A stretch of DNA of 63,240 nt, the filler included, from Licmophora abbreviata (taxonomy: Eukaryota), in the NCBI GenBank assembly GCA_900291995.1. It is 15 parts of 15 records of this genome, joined end to end, with 100 filler letters (N's around TTAATTAATTAA, not from the genome) between each part and the next. Parts side by side here need not be neighbours in the genome. Positions count along the whole stretch, not along the records: positions 9,336 to 24,341 come from OLMU01002720.1; positions 24,442 to 26,832 come from OLMU01002721.1; positions 26,933 to 33,189 come from OLMU01002722.1; positions 33,290 to 36,217 come from OLMU01002723.1; 11 more parts are not named here. One strand, given 5' to 3'. A model generated the notes under the pieces. That model was not told the origin of the DNA. It made no database searches and saw only the letters and a list, made by a program, of their open reading frames with translations. The position numbers and the translations under genes are program-made. Positions within the stretch are counted from its first letter, which is position 1. Each line of letters opens with the position of its first letter. Below are positions 22,878-34,345 of the stretch, in pieces.

Positions 22878-24275
22878 ATGCCGCTTTCCAATGAGTTGAC
22901 CGACACTCACTTTTCGTCGTCTCGACCTGTCTTGAGGACGGTCGAGGCTTCAAATCGTATAGGCAGCGACAGATTGAAATCATGCTTCTTTGCGGTGGTG
23001 TCAGTGATGCTTGGTCGCGTCGTTTGGTCGTTTCTCGCTCTCCAAGACCGCATGACCCGCAACGAACGGCAGACCATTGTGCTGGAGCACATACTGTCGC
23101 TTCCGAATCTCGTTATGCCTGCGGGCACCAAGCCTTCGCCAAGAGCTCAACGAGTCACATACGATCTACGGCGAGATATCCCCTTCAACAGTACGTTCGA
23201 CTTGAACACGAAGTGTACAGTGGGGAGCAGAACGGAAAAGGGAAAACGAGTCACTGTGCGCCCGAACCCTCCTCATCTCAAGACGCTCCTGGAATTCGCC
23301 ACGGTCGTCACTACGAATCTCAAGATTCTCATGCTCGGTGACTCGGTGGCCATTCAGTTCATCGAATCCTTCGAAGAAGCAGTCGGTGCTACGTCGGCCA
23401 ATCGATATGTCTTTCGGTATGCGTGGGGCCATCACGAGGGCCTTGCAGTGTCGGCTCCCGTTCGAGGCGGAGGCGTCGTTGCGGGATGGCGAGTCACCGG
23501 ACTCTTTCTTCCAAGTGGCGAGGGTAAGCCACTTCCCAACACTGCAGGAGGCGGATGGGACCGTGGTGATGTGAGCGCACTATTGGGTCATTCGTTTGTT
23601 GGAACAGACGGTACCAACCAAACTGTCGACTCGTTCGATGTCATGCTCTTCAGAATACCCCACGGATGGTTGTCGCTGGACGAAATCACTCAAGACGGCA
23701 TTCGACAGAGCCTCACGCTCGCACATGATCTATTTGGTGTGACCACGGTAGTTTTACCTACATTGTACTTTCAGAACAACATCAAGACGGAACAGGATCT
23801 GCATGACTTGGAGCGTGTCAACGAAATGATTCGAGACACGGTCGTAGATTGGCAGCAAGGCGAATCCGGTATACAAACGGTAGTGCTGCTTGAGCTAGGA
23901 CTATGGACCGATGCATTGATGGCCGAGAATGCGAGAAGGATCGGTCTTGACGCTTCCGCCCCTACGTACCCGCTTGTTCGTCTGGGGTGCAAGCGATACG
24001 CGCCATCGATTGCCCAGATTTGTGCCGTCGCCGCGAAAGAGGGCGACTGCAATTATTGTGAGTTTAATCGAATATCAAGAGACGGTATGCATTTTTGTAT
24101 GGAATCCATCTCAGGAAGATTCAATGCAGCCGTGGCGTGTTTGATGGGGTGTGTGTACAATGATATTTCCAGTAACCTACGAGCATGCGAAAAGACTTGC
24201 AACGATCGGTTCATGAGCTTGAAGCCGATCGAAATCAGAGAGCCGCGTACGAGTACAACAGATCCAATTACATAG
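22878..24275 (+). CDS. PC-esterase/SGNH-like protein; 5' structure uncertain
   Basis: 465-aa ORF with ILMLGDS and a C-terminal DGMHFC, matching the GDS / DxxH pattern. Confidence 0.6.
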   Translation: MPLSNELTDTHFSSSRPVLRTVEASNRIGSDRLKSCFFAVVSVMLGRVVWSFLALQDRMTRNERQTIVLEHILSLPNLVMPAGTKPSPRAQRVTYDLRRDIPFNSTFDLNTKCTVGSRTEKGKRVTVRPNPPHLKTLLEFATVVTTNLKILMLGDSVAIQFIESFEEAVGATSANRYVFRYAWGHHEGLAVSAPVRGGGVVAGWRVTGLFLPSGEGKPLPNTAGGGWDRGDVSALLGHSFVGTDGTNQTVDSFDVMLFRIPHGWLSLDEITQDGIRQSLTLAHDLFGVTTVVLPTLYFQNNIKTEQDLHDLERVNEMIRDTVVDWQQGESGIQTVVLLELGLWTDALMAENARRIGLDASAPTYPLVRLGCKRYAPSIAQICAVAAKEGDCNYCEFNRISRDGMHFCMESISGRFNAAVACLMGCVYNDISSNLRACEKTCNDRFMSLKPIEIREPRTSTTDPIT

Positions 24276-24715
24276 AAACTCTAGAAAGTGATTTTCACTG
24301 AATGATGGCTAGTGGTGTTTTGTATATCTTTAATAGTGATGNNNNNNNNNNNNNNNNNNNNNNNNNNNNNNNNNNNNNNNNNNNNTTAATTAATTAANNN
24401 NNNNNNNNNNNNNNNNNNNNNNNNNNNNNNNNNNNNNNNNNGTAGTCTAAAAATGGACGTTTTACATATATCAAAATTCTAATATTTTCAGCCAAAATGA
24501 CACCAAAAAACAATTAAATCTGGGACTGACGTCAGTGATTGCCACGGATCTCGTTCTGGACGGTCGACGCGATGACAGCATGATTGCCACCGCCTCGCGT
24601 CTGCGTTGGCCTTGATCTGCATGTAGACCTAGATGTGCTTGGGCATCTGCATTGCTCGACTGACCACTGCCACTGTTTCCCACCGGTGAAGACCCACTCT
24701 AACCCCTCTTGCACC

Positions 24716-25306
24716 ATGTCCAAGCTGATCTGTCTCGTCGCGATCGCTCTTCTCAGCACAGTAGCGAACGCATTCACGATTCCATCACCGCAAGCAAGAT
24801 TCTCAGCCTCAAAAGCCGGTCCCTCGAATCGCCGCATGCTGTCGTCCATGCTGCGTATGAACGAGCCTGCCGAAGAGTCCACCACAACGGCTGATCCGAT
24901 GGAGGAGGAAGAGCTGGATGGAGAGGCCCGCATCCAGATGGAGAAGGCGCGTCGAGCACAAGAACTTCGGGAGCAAGAAGTTTTCATGCAAAGAAGCACC
25001 GGCAAGTTTCTCTGTACCAATTGCGACTGGGAGTTTGACGAAGCCAAGGGCGATAGTATGATGATCGGGGGGATGATTAAACCTGGAACAAAGTTTGAGG
25101 ATCTTCCCAGCAACTGGCGATGTCCCGTCTGTCGTGCTAGTAAGGACAGTTTCAAAGAGCAAGTCGAAGAAATCCCGGGTTTCGAGGTCAATCAGGGATA
25201 TGGACTCGGTGGAAACTCTATGACAAGTGGACAAAAGTCGGGACTGATTTTCGGCGGACTTGCGATCTTCTTTGTTTTGTTCTTGTCAGGATATGCGCTC
25301 AACTAA
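24716..25306 (+). CDS. Plastid-targeted membrane-anchored rubredoxin (RubA/RBD1 type)
   Basis: Signal peptide [19 protein letters not shown] followed by F (ASAFAP-like). CTNCDWEFD...[14 protein letters not shown]-terminal [20 protein letters not shown]. Confidence 0.9.
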   Translation: MSKLICLVAIALLSTVANAFTIPSPQARFSASKAGPSNRRMLSSMLRMNEPAEESTTTADPMEEEELDGEARIQMEKARRAQELREQEVFMQRSTGKFLCTNCDWEFDEAKGDSMMIGGMIKPGTKFEDLPSNWRCPVCRASKDSFKEQVEEIPGFEVNQGYGLGGNSMTSGQKSGLIFGGLAIFFVLFLSGYALN

Positions 25307-25402
25307 CGCCTTTTATGACTGGATTTCACATCGTGATGCACATGTACATCGAAACCAAGGCCGACTCCAAAGACAAAAAGACTAATCTTTCTATCAATCT
25401 CT

Positions 25403-26653
25403 CTATGGTATAGTCGTACTCGTCACTAGTGTCGATTCGTAATCTCGATGGTGCAGTCCAAGCAGATCCGTCCCTTCCGCCTTGTCAACTTCACTTTCGC
25501 CTGACTCAAAAACTCGTTTGGTTCCAAAAATCTCATAAACAAACACACCCGTGCTCACTAACCCCAATGCCACATAAAACATGCGAGACGGAGCAATATG
25601 GCTGACCGCGACACTGAACAAGATCGCCCAGAGTGAACTCGTTTGGAGCGACAAATTTAATAGCGTCGCGTCGCTCCGAGTCAAAAAGTATGATGCAGTC
25701 ACATAGTACAGCCAAAGTGAAGATATGTACCACACGGTGGTAAGCACTGCCTGCAGCTGCACCGCACCGACTGTATGATACAGGAGACCAAGAAGTTCGT
25801 TCCATTCCAACAACATAAAGAGTCCAAGACAAAGAATACTCCCAAACACCCCGATCATACCGAGATACTCGACGCGGTCAACGTTCTTGCACTGGTACTC
25901 CGCCACCGCATCGGACAGTCCGTACAACAGCGCCGCCGACATGGCCAACGCGTCACCAATGTAGGAATGCTGCGGCTGTGATGAGGTGGCACGCAAGGAC
26001 GATGTGTCGCTGCTTGTTCCCAGATCTGACCATACTGTCATGGTGCCGCCTAGCAAACACAAGCAAACGCCCACGTAGTGAGCAGTTCGATACCTCGCCT
26101 GCAGTAGCAGGCGACAGCACAGCATCGTTGAGGGTATTGTCAGTGAGCCTAGCAGCGTGGTAGACGTCAGGGACGTGTATCGAAAACTTAGTAGCGTTTG
26201 GTAGTTGCTACCGACGTCCAGCAAACTTATGGCGAGGTAGACGTATACCGGCATGCGCAGCCGGAGTTGAGTGAATGGTAGCGTGTACGTACCATCCAAG
26301 AAGTTCTCGGTCTGCTGCTGTCGTTCTTGTCGGTTGTATAGTAGATGGAATGCCAGCAACACATACATAATCATCATGTTGAACAGGGGAAGGAAAACAT
26401 TGAGGTGGTATTCAAGCGTAAAGGAACTGGCATTTACCGATGCAGCAAGCAACGCAATCGCCTGCCCAAATAGAATAGCTCTCAGGTTCCAAGATTTTGG
26501 AGGCCTGACGTGCTGATCTCGTGAGCCGATATGAGAAACGTTGGGAGGGTGCTGAACGGTGCCAAAGAAAGAGCGGACTTTCGGAAAAGACCTTGTCGGT
26601 CCGTCAGGTCGATCGCCACTCGTGGCCTCTACATCTGCCTCAATCGCTTCCAT
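25403..26653 (-). CDS. SLC35F1/F2-like (DMT superfamily) transporter
   Basis: Multi-TM ORF with FGQAIALL, FRYTSLTSTTLL, IGDALAMSAALLYGLSD, EYLGMIGVFG, DATLLNLSLQTSSLWA. Confidence 0.82.
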   Translation of the reverse strand: MEAIEADVEATSGDRPDGPTRSFPKVRSFFGTVQHPPNVSHIGSRDQHVRPPKSWNLRAILFGQAIALLAASVNASSFTLEYHLNVFLPLFNMMIMYVLLAFHLLYNRQERQQQTENFLDGTYTLPFTQLRLRMPVYVYLAISLLDVGSNYQTLLSFRYTSLTSTTLLGSLTIPSTMLCCRLLLQARYRTAHYVGVCLCLLGGTMTVWSDLGTSSDTSSLRATSSQPQHSYIGDALAMSAALLYGLSDAVAEYQCKNVDRVEYLGMIGVFGSILCLGLFMLLEWNELLGLLYHTVGAVQLQAVLTTVWYISSLWLYYVTASYFLTRSDATLLNLSLQTSSLWAILFSVAVSHIAPSRMFYVALGLVSTGVFVYEIFGTKRVFESGESEVDKAEGTDLLGLHHRDYESTLVTSTTIP

Positions 26654-27187
26654 TTTTCGCTACCTGGTATCGCTCGATTCTTTCATTCATTTTCTCTTGT
26701 GCTGGAAAGATTAGCACTCGCAATCAGCGTCCAAAGACACAAAAGCATCCCCATCCCAATCGACAGAGGTGAATTCATGGATCACTGGTGGGGAGGCCGT
26801 ATGAAATATGATGGATGCCGTCCTCGTGTCGTNNNNNNNNNNNNNNNNNNNNNNNNNNNNNNNNNNNNNNNNNNNNTTAATTAATTAANNNNNNNNNNNN
26901 NNNNNNNNNNNNNNNNNNNNNNNNNNNNNNNNAGGACACAGCAAGACCAAACTTCAGATCATTCGTTGTCCCTTATTCATTCTCTTTGTAGTAAGAAGGG
27001 CGTGTATCACATCGTTCTGTTTCCTTCAAATTACTGGGAGCTTTCTAAGGAAGAATCCAGGACGCTTGAGGTCGAAAAGTCGAGAAAGTCGAATTTTCGG
27101 TTCTGCTCTGCCCACATTTCGAAACACGAGCTAGCCTGGGTCCAGTTTGGAGCCTTCCTTGTTGATCACGGAGTCTGATTTCTTACG

Positions 27188-28816
27188 ATGGAGAACAAAT
27201 TCATTCCCGATGCGATCGAAATTGTGAGCAAGGCCATTGCTGCTGACAATGAGGGTAAATATGAGGAAGCGCTGGGCTTCTATCGCGATGCTCTGTCGAG
27301 ATTCACCATGGGTACGTTACACCATTGAAACGGCACTATGTCTTGTGACTGCTGAATCCCGCGCTCTTCTTCTCTTTTTTCTCTTCAAATTTCTAATTCG
27401 ATTGCTTCTTGACTTCCGACTCTATTCCTCAGGACTCAAGTACGAAAAAAACGAAGCGCGGAAAAAACTCATTATCGATAGAGTAGAGGGATACATGAAG
27501 CGTGCCGAAGAGCTCCGAGACTATCTCAATCATCAGGCTGAACTCGACAAGGGCGGGGGAGGAGGAACGGCAAGTGGCATGAAGTCCAAAGACGATAAGG
27601 AAGAAGACGAAGATGCCGAAAAGAAGAAATTGCGAGCCTCGTTGAGTAGCGCCATTGTGACCGAAAAGCCCAATGTCAAGTGGGACGACGTTGCGGGACT
27701 CGAGGCCGCAAAGGAGTCATTGAAAGAGGTGAGTGCCTAGTCTAGCTCTAATCGCTGCTTGATGTGGTTTCGCGATGAGTATCAATGGAGTGCGGTATAG
27801 ACCTCTCCAATGAGTTCAGGTCGCCGATGCATGTATCGATCGAGACGACGCTTCCCTCAAGTGTGTTGCGCATGCTCTCTCGATAGACTGTCATTCTACC
27901 CACCAGGTTTCCGCAGCTCTTCACGGGAAAGCGACGTCCATTCAAGGGTATTCTTTTGTACGGACCGCCTGGAACGGGAAAATCTTATCTCGCAAAAGCA
28001 GTCGCCACGGAGGCAGACTCGACGTTTTTCTCGGTTAGTTCAGCTGATCTCGTCAGCAAATGGCAGGGCGAGTCGGAACGCCTTGTCCGAAACCTGTTTG
28101 AGCTCGCTCGTGAGTCGCCTGGCGGTCGCGCTATTATTTTTATTGACGAAGTCGACTCGCTATGCAGTAGCCGTACAGAGGGCGAATCTGATTCGGCGCG
28201 TCGTATCAAGACTGAGTTTCTGGTACAGATGGATGGCGTCGGGGTGAACGATACTGGCGTTTTGGTGTTGGGCGCTACCAATGTTCCGTGGGAGCTCGAT
28301 GCTGCTATTCGACGTCGTTTTGAAAAGCGAGTCTACATTCCCTTACCGGAAGCGAGCTCAAGGGCCTTCATGGTACAGTTGCATCTGGGCGATACCCCGA
28401 ATGAGCTGACGGAAGAAGACGTTGACCAACTTGGAGAAATGACGGAAGGAGCGTCGGGAAGTGATATCAAGGTGTTGGTCAAAGAAGCCTTGATGGAACC
28501 ATTGCGCCGCTGCCAGCAAGCGGAACAGTTCATTCCCGACAGTGATGGGTTCCTGGTGCCCTGCGAGCGATATCCGAATTGTCATAAGTGTCCTCCCAAG
28601 TTGAGTAGTGACAAACCCGGCAAGGACTACACTTGCAAGAGTTGCGGAGCGATGCGTATGCAGCTTTGGGATGTGCCCCCTGAAAAGCTGAGAGCGCCAG
28701 CTGTGAAGCTGATTGACTTTGAACAAGCTCTGGGACACTCCTTCGCCACGGTATCACCTGAAGAACTGGAACGCTTCATCGACTGGACCAAACAATTTGG
28801 ACAAGAGGGGGCGTAG
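27188..28816 (+). CDS. VPS4: AAA ATPase VPS4; introns 27312-27432 and 27729-27886
   Basis: MIT domain ([21 protein letters not shown]...LKYEKN), [14 protein letters not shown], spliced [50 protein letters not shown]. Confidence 0.95.
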
Positions 28817-28987
28817 CAGGATAGTGTGACCGGAATTGATAGACTGGATCATACAACAGGATTGATAGACTGGGCTGAACTCAGTGCGTTGAACGTCGCA
28901 AATTGAAAGCAGAAAGTCAAAAAGGCGTGTTGCCGTCGCAAAGCGTACGACTAAGGATTCATAACTAGCTTCTCTTTAGTGTTCTGT

Positions 28988-29797
28988 TTACCACCACTGG
29001 AGTCGACATGTTGGCTCGACGACGCTGCTCGTGGGCTTGATCATAGTGATTCCGTACTTTCCGTTTGGGCTGCCGAGTAAGTCTTGTAGCTGGGGCGCCC
29101 TTGAAAAGCCTCGTTGCTCATACCACTTGATCAGCTTGCCTGAGCCATCGTCGTCGGCTACAAGCAATGTAAAGTCGCACCCCTGTGCGGAGTGGACGGT
29201 CGATATCACGTCCAGTGCCAATGTCCCGAGTCCCCGCTTTCGATAAGGAGGCTCCACAAACATGTAAATGATAGCAGCGGTCCCTACCTGCTTCCCTTCC
29301 AAATCGATGCCGTACAGATGCTCGACGGTCTCGTCGATTGGTGGAGCCGGGGGACCTCGAGCTGTTGAAATACCGAATCGAGCAATCTTCCTTCTTCTTG
29401 AGGGCTTGCCTAATGAATCTTTTCGGCAGTAAGCTTGAAGAACTGCCTGTCCTCCTTTAGGACAAAGGACGAATGGAGGGTCCTGTCTCTTCACGAAACA
29501 GTCGAGGCGAAGCGTGTTGGCGGCCAGGCGGAGTAGGAGTCGTCGCCACCATCGTGTCTCAGGAGGAGGCCGTACCTTCCACAGTATATCGTCGTGTGTA
29601 AACGGTGGCAGTTCATTTCCCATCGAGAAATCAGCGTCGCCATTGACGGGTCGTGCATGAGATTCCCCGCATCGCTTGCTCTTGCTGTGTTCGTAGTGTC
29701 TCGCGAGGCGTGGGTGTCGATAGTGCAACGGGAGAAAGGCGTCGACATGATAGACGCACAGCGCCAAGACCGAGATGAAAATCAGAGTACCATTCAT
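28988..29797 (-). CDS. GNAT-family acetyltransferase, probably plastid-targeted
   Basis: Signal peptide MNGTLIFISVLALCVYHVDA followed by F; acetyl-CoA motif MFVEPPYRKRGLG; KWYEQRGF. Confidence 0.75.
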   Translation of the reverse strand: MNGTLIFISVLALCVYHVDAFLPLHYRHPRLARHYEHSKSKRCGESHARPVNGDADFSMGNELPPFTHDDILWKVRPPPETRWWRRLLLRLAANTLRLDCFVKRQDPPFVLCPKGGQAVLQAYCRKDSLGKPSRRRKIARFGISTARGPPAPPIDETVEHLYGIDLEGKQVGTAAIIYMFVEPPYRKRGLGTLALDVISTVHSAQGCDFTLLVADDDGSGKLIKWYEQRGFSRAPQLQDLLGSPNGKYGITMIKPTSSVVEPTCRLQWW

Positions 29798-30160
29798 CAA
29801 GGCTAGAAAAGAATACAAGAGACCGATCCAGATGTGTTCAGGAGCCATAGGCGTACCTTGTAGTCTACCTGTCAAAGATATCGATTTGAGATTGGTGCGA
29901 TGCCATCATCTCGAATTCCCGCCAATCTTCAAATCAGCGGCGGTCGTGTCATGTGAAGTTCAACCTCCGGGTTGCGATCGGAAGGAGCTATTCGCTCTCT
30001 ATTTGTAACTTCAGACTGGAAGAGAGCTCGCGCAAGATCCGACGAAAGATCTTTTGGCGCCAAAACTCAATCGAGATTAGAGATTTTTCGATTTTTCGAA
30101 TTTGGGTTCGCATTCTCATTGTTCTCTTCACTCATCAGCTTCACCTTGACCGACACCACC

Positions 30161-31788
30161 ATGAGTGCCTCCGCTACTCCCGCCGTTCAACATCAGCCAG
30201 GCCGTCGCTTCAGTATGCCGAGAACGACCCATGCGCCGCCAACGACATGGAACACGAAGATCGTGTGTACGCTGGGTCCTGCGTCTGGAAGCGATGACCG
30301 TCTCGAAGAAATGATTCAGGCTGGCATGGACATGTGTCGTCTCAACTTTTCGCACGGAGACCATGCTTCTCACAAAGAAACCTTTGAAAGAGTCAGGCGT
30401 CTGTCAGCCAAGTACAATCATCAGGTTGGCATCTTGTGTGACATTCAAGGACCCAAGATTCGAACGGGCAAGATGGAAGCGCCGTTTGTCTTGAATGTGG
30501 GCGACATCGTTCGTGTCACCCCCGACGAGATTCTTGGGACCAAGAAACGCTTTCAGGTCAAGTATGCCACCCTTTTGCTAGACCTCGGCAAGGAAGATAC
30601 CATCTTCATCAACGATGGTGTTGTCAAGCTTGTTGTGGTTGACAAGGATGAAGACTTGATCTGCGTCTGTGCAGCGGCAGGCAGTGTCAGCGACCACAAG
30701 GGATGCAACTTACCCTCCGGAAATCTCACGGTCAATGTCGTTACTCCCAAGGATGCTGAAGACCTCAAGGTGATCGCCGAACTTGATCCTGAGTATGTCG
30801 CGTCCTCCTTTATCGGTACCGGTGACGACGTACGCAAAGTCCGCGCTCGTTTAGCCGAGTGCGGAAATACCGACGTCAAGATTATCGCCAAAGTGGAGAG
30901 ACCCGTGGCACTTGAAAATCTCGACGACATTATCCGAGAAAGCGATGCAATAATGGTGGCTAGAGGCGACTTGGGAGTCGAAATTGACGCTTGGGATGTT
31001 CCCATGTGGCAGAAAGAAATGATCAAGCGCTGCAACAAAGAATCCAAGCCAGGTACGCTGCTTATACAATGTCAACTTCACGGCTAGGTGAAAACATACC
31101 CATTCACCCCCTTTTCGTTTCTCTATCATTTTCAGTCATTGTGGCGACGCAGATGCTGGAGAGTATGTGTCTCAACTCCCGACCTACTCGTGCCGAAGCC
31201 AGCGACGTTTACAATGCAGTACTCGACGGGGCCGACGCCGTCATGCTTTCGGGAGAGAGCTCTGTCGGAAAGTATCCCGTCGAAGCTGTACGCACCATGG
31301 ATCAGATTGTAAGTGTGGCACAGCACCACATGCCCCAGAGAAACCCGAACGACTTCGATTCATCTGTTCAGCGTATCACGGAAACCATGGCACACGCAGC
31401 ACACACAATCGCCGACGAGTTCAAGGGTGTAGACTACGAAGGAAAGATTATTGTCATCACAAGATCTGGGAAAGCGGCTCGTCTCATTTCCAAGTACCGC
31501 CCAGCACTACCAATTCTTGCTTTCTCCGAGAGCCTACGGACAGTCCGCGAGTTGACGCTTGTTTGGGGAGTTCGCTCGCACTACAAACCGGAGATTCTAG
31601 GCCTCTCACTTGAAGATCGAGCCTTCAAAGCCATTGATACTGCCATTGCTGTCAAGTACTTAAGCCCGAGTGACACGAAAGTATGTGTCTTGACGGCATC
31701 CGCCTATGCATCCGATGGGGGCTACCTTGTGGGCTGTTACGATGTGCAGAAATTGCGAGCCTTAGGACTCATTCGCTCGTATGCTTAG
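30161..31788 (+). CDS. PK: Pyruvate kinase; intron 31053-31135
   Basis: [45 protein letters not shown], spliced [31 protein letters not shown]. Confidence 0.95.
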
Positions 31789-31843
31789 CCATGGTGGACG
31801 ACATCTATTTCTGGTCGTTCCGAAATTCTACATAACAATAGCT

Positions 31844-32997
31844 TCAGGAAAAATTGGTGAAATTCACATCATTCGAGGACATCCAGTCACCTTTCACTTC
31901 TGTCGACGTCGGTTCTTTGGCTTCCTCGTCGTCGTCATCGTCCATAATGTCAGAGAGGAGATCGTCCATCGTCGACGTCGCTTCAGATGTTTCACCTCCA
32001 ACCGTTCGAATCTGCACAGCCTGCGGTCCAATGAAATACCCTGACCGGATCCAGCCTGTCATTTGCTGTGTTGTATAAGGGCCATGTATTTGCCCGTCTT
32101 GATTTCCTCGATATTCCCACTGCACTGAAGCTTTGGTCGGAAGGACGGGTGAAGCAACCTTGGTCAAGTCAGCCTTTGTTTGTTGATAGATATCCACGTC
32201 GCCTTGTAGCAGTAACGCATTCGCAGCTTCCGTCAAGGAATTCAGCTTAATCTGGGCAGCTCTTTGAGCGACCTCTGCCTCCTTACTACTACCCTCGCCC
32301 CCTGTGCCCTTACGCCGTTTCAAGAGAGCTCCATATCGTGACAGGGCCTGCAAGACCGTTTCTGTGCCACTCCCCATGAGCGGAATTATCTTGGCATACA
32401 AATCTTCACGACTCCAGCTGTCTACTCCTGTCTGGTCCTCCTCTTCGCTTGACTCTTGCGCGGCGGCAAAACCTTCCTTGTTTTCGGATAGACTTTCGAG
32501 CCATGCGTCTGGCTCTTCGTCACGATCTCGGTTTCTAAACACGTAAGTGTCGCCGTCAAAATAGCCACTGCCGTCAGTCCTTTCTGCGTCCATGTTGAAG
32601 GCTTCGATCGGTACTTCAGCCTCGGTGCCCTTGATTTCTGCCAGTAGGCTTGTCGTCGCGTCAATGTGTGTGGCTGCGTTGTCATGGTCATAATCCCTAC
32701 CGACTTTCCCTCGCGTTTCATGCGTCGCTCTCTTTTCGCTTTCATGAGCTCTTTCGAGTCAGGCAGCCCCCCTGCGTCTTGATCCTCCTCGTCAGGCTCC
32801 CACTCATCGATATCGTCATCTTCATCTGGATTCGGCCTGTCTATCCGCGGTCGTTTCACACGTCTTGAAGAATCATTGCCATCGCTGGTGTGGTCTGCTG
32901 AAGGCCGACGCTTGTTTCGGGGGGCCGATAAATTGTCGACAGTTTCAGAAAATCGAACTGACTTGGGCGCTTCGCTCTTCCCGGTCGAAGAAGACAT
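31844..32997 (-). CDS. CD2BP2: CD2BP2/LIN1-like U5 snRNP GYF-domain protein with an apparent frameshift near 32704-32710
   Basis: IEAFNM..E...GYFD...YVF, DAWLESL, ETVLQAL, LTEAANALL..GDVDIY, GYF domain WEYRG...IHGPYTTQQMTGWIRSGYF. Confidence 0.8.
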
Positions 32998-33357
32998 GGT
33001 GAGGGTGGAGACGGTGAGTTATCATCGTCAATGCAGAGGAAGGAGCAGCCGAGGCGGTTGCGAGTTGCGAGGTTGGTCAGCATGCCATCATCGTCGATGC
33101 TGTCAAAAGGATGAGTGGTGGAGAGTCCGTGAAGCTGGCCGTCGTCAGAATGGTACCGGTGTTCGGAATTTGAAACTCAAAGATACGCGNNNNNNNNNNN
33201 NNNNNNNNNNNNNNNNNNNNNNNNNNNNNNNNNTTAATTAATTAANNNNNNNNNNNNNNNNNNNNNNNNNNNNNNNNNNNNNNNNNNNNACGACAACCTA
33301 CAACATGGCAAGTTTGTTGTACTCGCCTTACATCTATGTTATCGTCAGAATAGCGCC

Positions 33358-34328
33358 ATGAGCATTCCAACAGTCCGATTGGACGACCCTGATCGTAGCC
33401 GTGCCGTCAGCATGCTACGATCGGCATGCATTGACTACGGATTCTTCTACCTCGAAGGACATGGTATTTCTCAAGATTCCCAGCAAAAGGTCATGCAGCA
33501 GTCGAAGGCTCTCTTTGATTTGCCGTTGACTGTCAAGCAAAAACTCAGTGACCCATCATGAATCGAGGACACACAGCAATGGAGGAGGAAACTCTCGATC
33601 CGGAAGGACAGGCCAAGGGCGACACGAAGGAAGGCTTCTACGTCGGACAGGACGTGCCCAGGACAAGTTCACACTACAATCCAAAGAAGCTGAAAGGTCC
33701 CAATGTGTGGCCCACGCCCGATATAACGAAGGATCATGATGAATTTGACTGTGCGGAGTTTCAAATTACTATGAGCAGCTATTTTGAGGATGTCAAGCGC
33801 GTTGGGTTCCAACTTGTCAGGCTTTTGGCGTCTGCCATTGGACTGGACGATCCTCACTACTTCGATGAATACTTCATGGATCCCATGGCAATGCTTCGGC
33901 TGCTCCATTATTCCGTAGAGAAGAGTCAACCAGAACACGGGGTCTATGCCTGCGGGGCTCATGCTGATTACGGGATGGTGACCCTATTGCTCACAGACGA
34001 CGTACCCGGGCTTCAGATCTTCACGAAGCAGGGCGTCTGGATCGATGTGCCGCCAAAACCCAATGTTTACGTTGTGAATTTAGGTGACATGCTGGAGCGG
34101 TGGACCAACGGATTATTTCAGTCGACCCTGCACCGCGTCATTACCAATGGAGACCGCGAGCGCTACTCTATTCCCGTATTCTATGAGCCGTCGTTTGATA
34201 CCACCGTCATGTGCTTGGACGTGTGTTGCTCGGAAGACAACCCACCCAAGTACCCACCGACGACGTCAGGAGAGTACCTTCTGAATAAGTACAAGCAAAC
34301 ACATGCCGACTTTGCGCCTGATGGCTAG
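33358..34328 (+). CDS. Isopenicillin-N-synthase-like 2OG-Fe(II) oxygenase with an apparent frameshift at 33552-33554
   Basis: N-domain LRSACIDYGFFYLEGHGI; GAHADYGMVTLL, VNLGDMLERWTNG, STLHRV, RYSIPVF. Confidence 0.85.
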
Positions 34329-34345
34329 TCTATTTATCAATAGTG

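Noticed and set aside
28835..28873. 13-bp direct repeat attgatagactgg after VPS4
   Set aside because: Only two short copies in a 3' UTR; likely a local duplication.
3235..33554. A programmed -1 frameshifting or insertion-editing system in the eukaryote
   Set aside because: All three breaks can be fixed by adding one base to a homopolymer and one lacks any slippery site, so sequencing error is more parsimonious.
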